64,000 bases of DNA from an uncultured Gammaproteobacteria bacterium (GTDB taxonomy: Bacteria > Pseudomonadota > Gammaproteobacteria > UBA9214). The stretch spans positions 96,001 to 160,000 of the forward strand of contig CAWHCQ010000011.1 of the NCBI GenBank assembly GCA_963827755.1, in the 5' to 3' direction. The position numbers were made by a program, and so were the translations under genes. The notes below the pieces were generated by a model. The model searched no databases and had not been told where the DNA came from. It saw only the letters and a program-made list of their open reading frames with translations. Every line of letters begins with the position of its first letter. Within the stretch, counting starts at the first letter, position 1. Of this stretch, positions 63,013 through 64,000 are shown piece by piece.

Positions 63013-64000
63013 ATGAGTAATACTGACAAATTAATAATTTTTGATACAACCTTGCGCGATGGCGAGCAGAGTCCCGGCGCGTCCATGACCCGGGATGAAA
63101 AAGTGCGTATCGCCAGGGCGCTCGAGAAGCTGCGGGTCGATGTGATAGAGGCCGGTTTCCCGGTTGCCAGTCCCGGTGATTTTGAAGCGGTACAGGCGGT
63201 CGCACGTGCGGTGAAGGAGAGCACGGTGTGTGGGCTGGCGCGTACCCTTGACGGTGATATTGACAGGGCGGGAGAGGCCCTGAAACCGGCGGCCTCGGCT
63301 CGAATTCATACCTTTATTGCAACGTCCCCGGTTCACATGCAGATGAAACTGCGCATGCAGCCGGACCAGGTGGTCGAACAGGCGGTGCGGGCCGTGAAGC
63401 GGGCTGGCAGGTATACCGATGATATCGAGTTCTCCCCGGAGGATGCCGGGCGTTCCGAGTTTGACTTTCTGTGTCGTGTCATCGAGGCCGTTATCGATGC
63501 CGGTGCGACGACGGTAAACATCCCGGACACCGTGGGCTACAACCTGCCGCACCAGTTTGGTGATTTGATCCGCAGACTGATTGAACGGGTGCCCAATTCC
63601 GACAAGGCGATTTTCTCGGTGCATTGTCACAACGATCTCGGGCTGGCGGTTGGCAACTCGCTCTCGGCAGTGCTTAATGGCGCCCGCCAGGTCGAGTGCA
63701 CGATCAACGGGCTGGGCGAGCGTGCGGGTAATGCCGCGCTTGAAGAGATTGTCATGACGGTGAAGACCCGCCAGGATGTTTTCCCGTGCCGGACAGACCT
63801 CGACACCACGCAGATCATGACCTGTTCGAGGCTGGTGTCCGGGATCACCGGTTTTGCGGTGCAGCCCAACAAGGCGATCGTCGGCGCGAATGCCTTTGCG
63901 CATGAATCAGGTATCCACCAGGACGGTGTACTGAAGAGTCGCGAGACCTATGAAATCATGCGTGCCCAGGATGTGGGCTGGGCGGCAAACCGGATTGTGC
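63013..64000 (+). CDS. leuA: 2-isopropylmalate synthase, 3'-truncated by the window edge
   Basis: [44 protein letters not shown] and [13 protein letters not shown]. Absent from the ORF track because it has no stop in the window. Confidence 0.96.
   Translation, partial: MSNTDKLIIFDTTLRDGEQSPGASMTRDEKVRIARALEKLRVDVIEAGFPVASPGDFEAVQAVARAVKESTVCGLARTLDGDIDRAGEALKPAASARIHTFIATSPVHMQMKLRMQPDQVVEQAVRAVKRAGRYTDDIEFSPEDAGRSEFDFLCRVIEAVIDAGATTVNIPDTVGYNLPHQFGDLIRRLIERVPNSDKAIFSVHCHNDLGLAVGNSLSAVLNGARQVECTINGLGERAGNAALEEIVMTVKTRQDVFPCRTDLDTTQIMTCSRLVSGITGFAVQPNKAIVGANAFAHESGIHQDGVLKSRETYEIMRAQDVGWAANRIV

Overview
A 64-kb, GC-rich chromosomal segment of a gammaproteobacterium. The gene order suggests a Chromatiales/Thiogranum-like lineage (inference). 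Most of it is conserved housekeeping synteny: metG-rnfABCDGE-nth, apbC-dcd, deaD, purMN/DUF2066/hda, wrbA-arsC-fumA, nadB/rpoE-rseABC-degP-lepA-lepB-rnc-era-recO-pdxJ, cysM-ydbH/ydbL-rlmD, proS, and ilvIHC-psd-pssA-leuA. Accessory highlights: (1) a complete DUF692 (MNIO)/DUF2063/DoxX RiPP cluster whose secreted precursor has eight E[GA]KCG motifs arranged 4+4 around an EF-hand pair (HvfA/EfhP-like; candidate dual Ca/Cu-binding modified protein); (2) an AT-rich cassette with a His/Cys-rich secreted mini-protein, bracketed by perfectly inverted 25-bp GTAG-type REP elements (REPtron-like but with no transposase); (3) several REP families, two of which supply the stop codons of neighbouring genes; (4) a stand-alone GacS/BarA-type Hpt protein where barA is often found; (5) a Psd homologue that appears to lack the catalytic His; (6) a Leu-rich leuA leader peptide with no intrinsic terminator; (7) a repeat-built peptidoglycan-binding protein. 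About ten single-base (+1) insertions break otherwise intact genes (tlpA, rnfC x3, dcd, arsC, recO, ydbL, ilvI, the cassette gene) and are most likely sequencing or assembly errors. No rRNA, tRNA, CRISPR array or transposase was recognised. All family assignments come from motif recognition by eye, not database searches.
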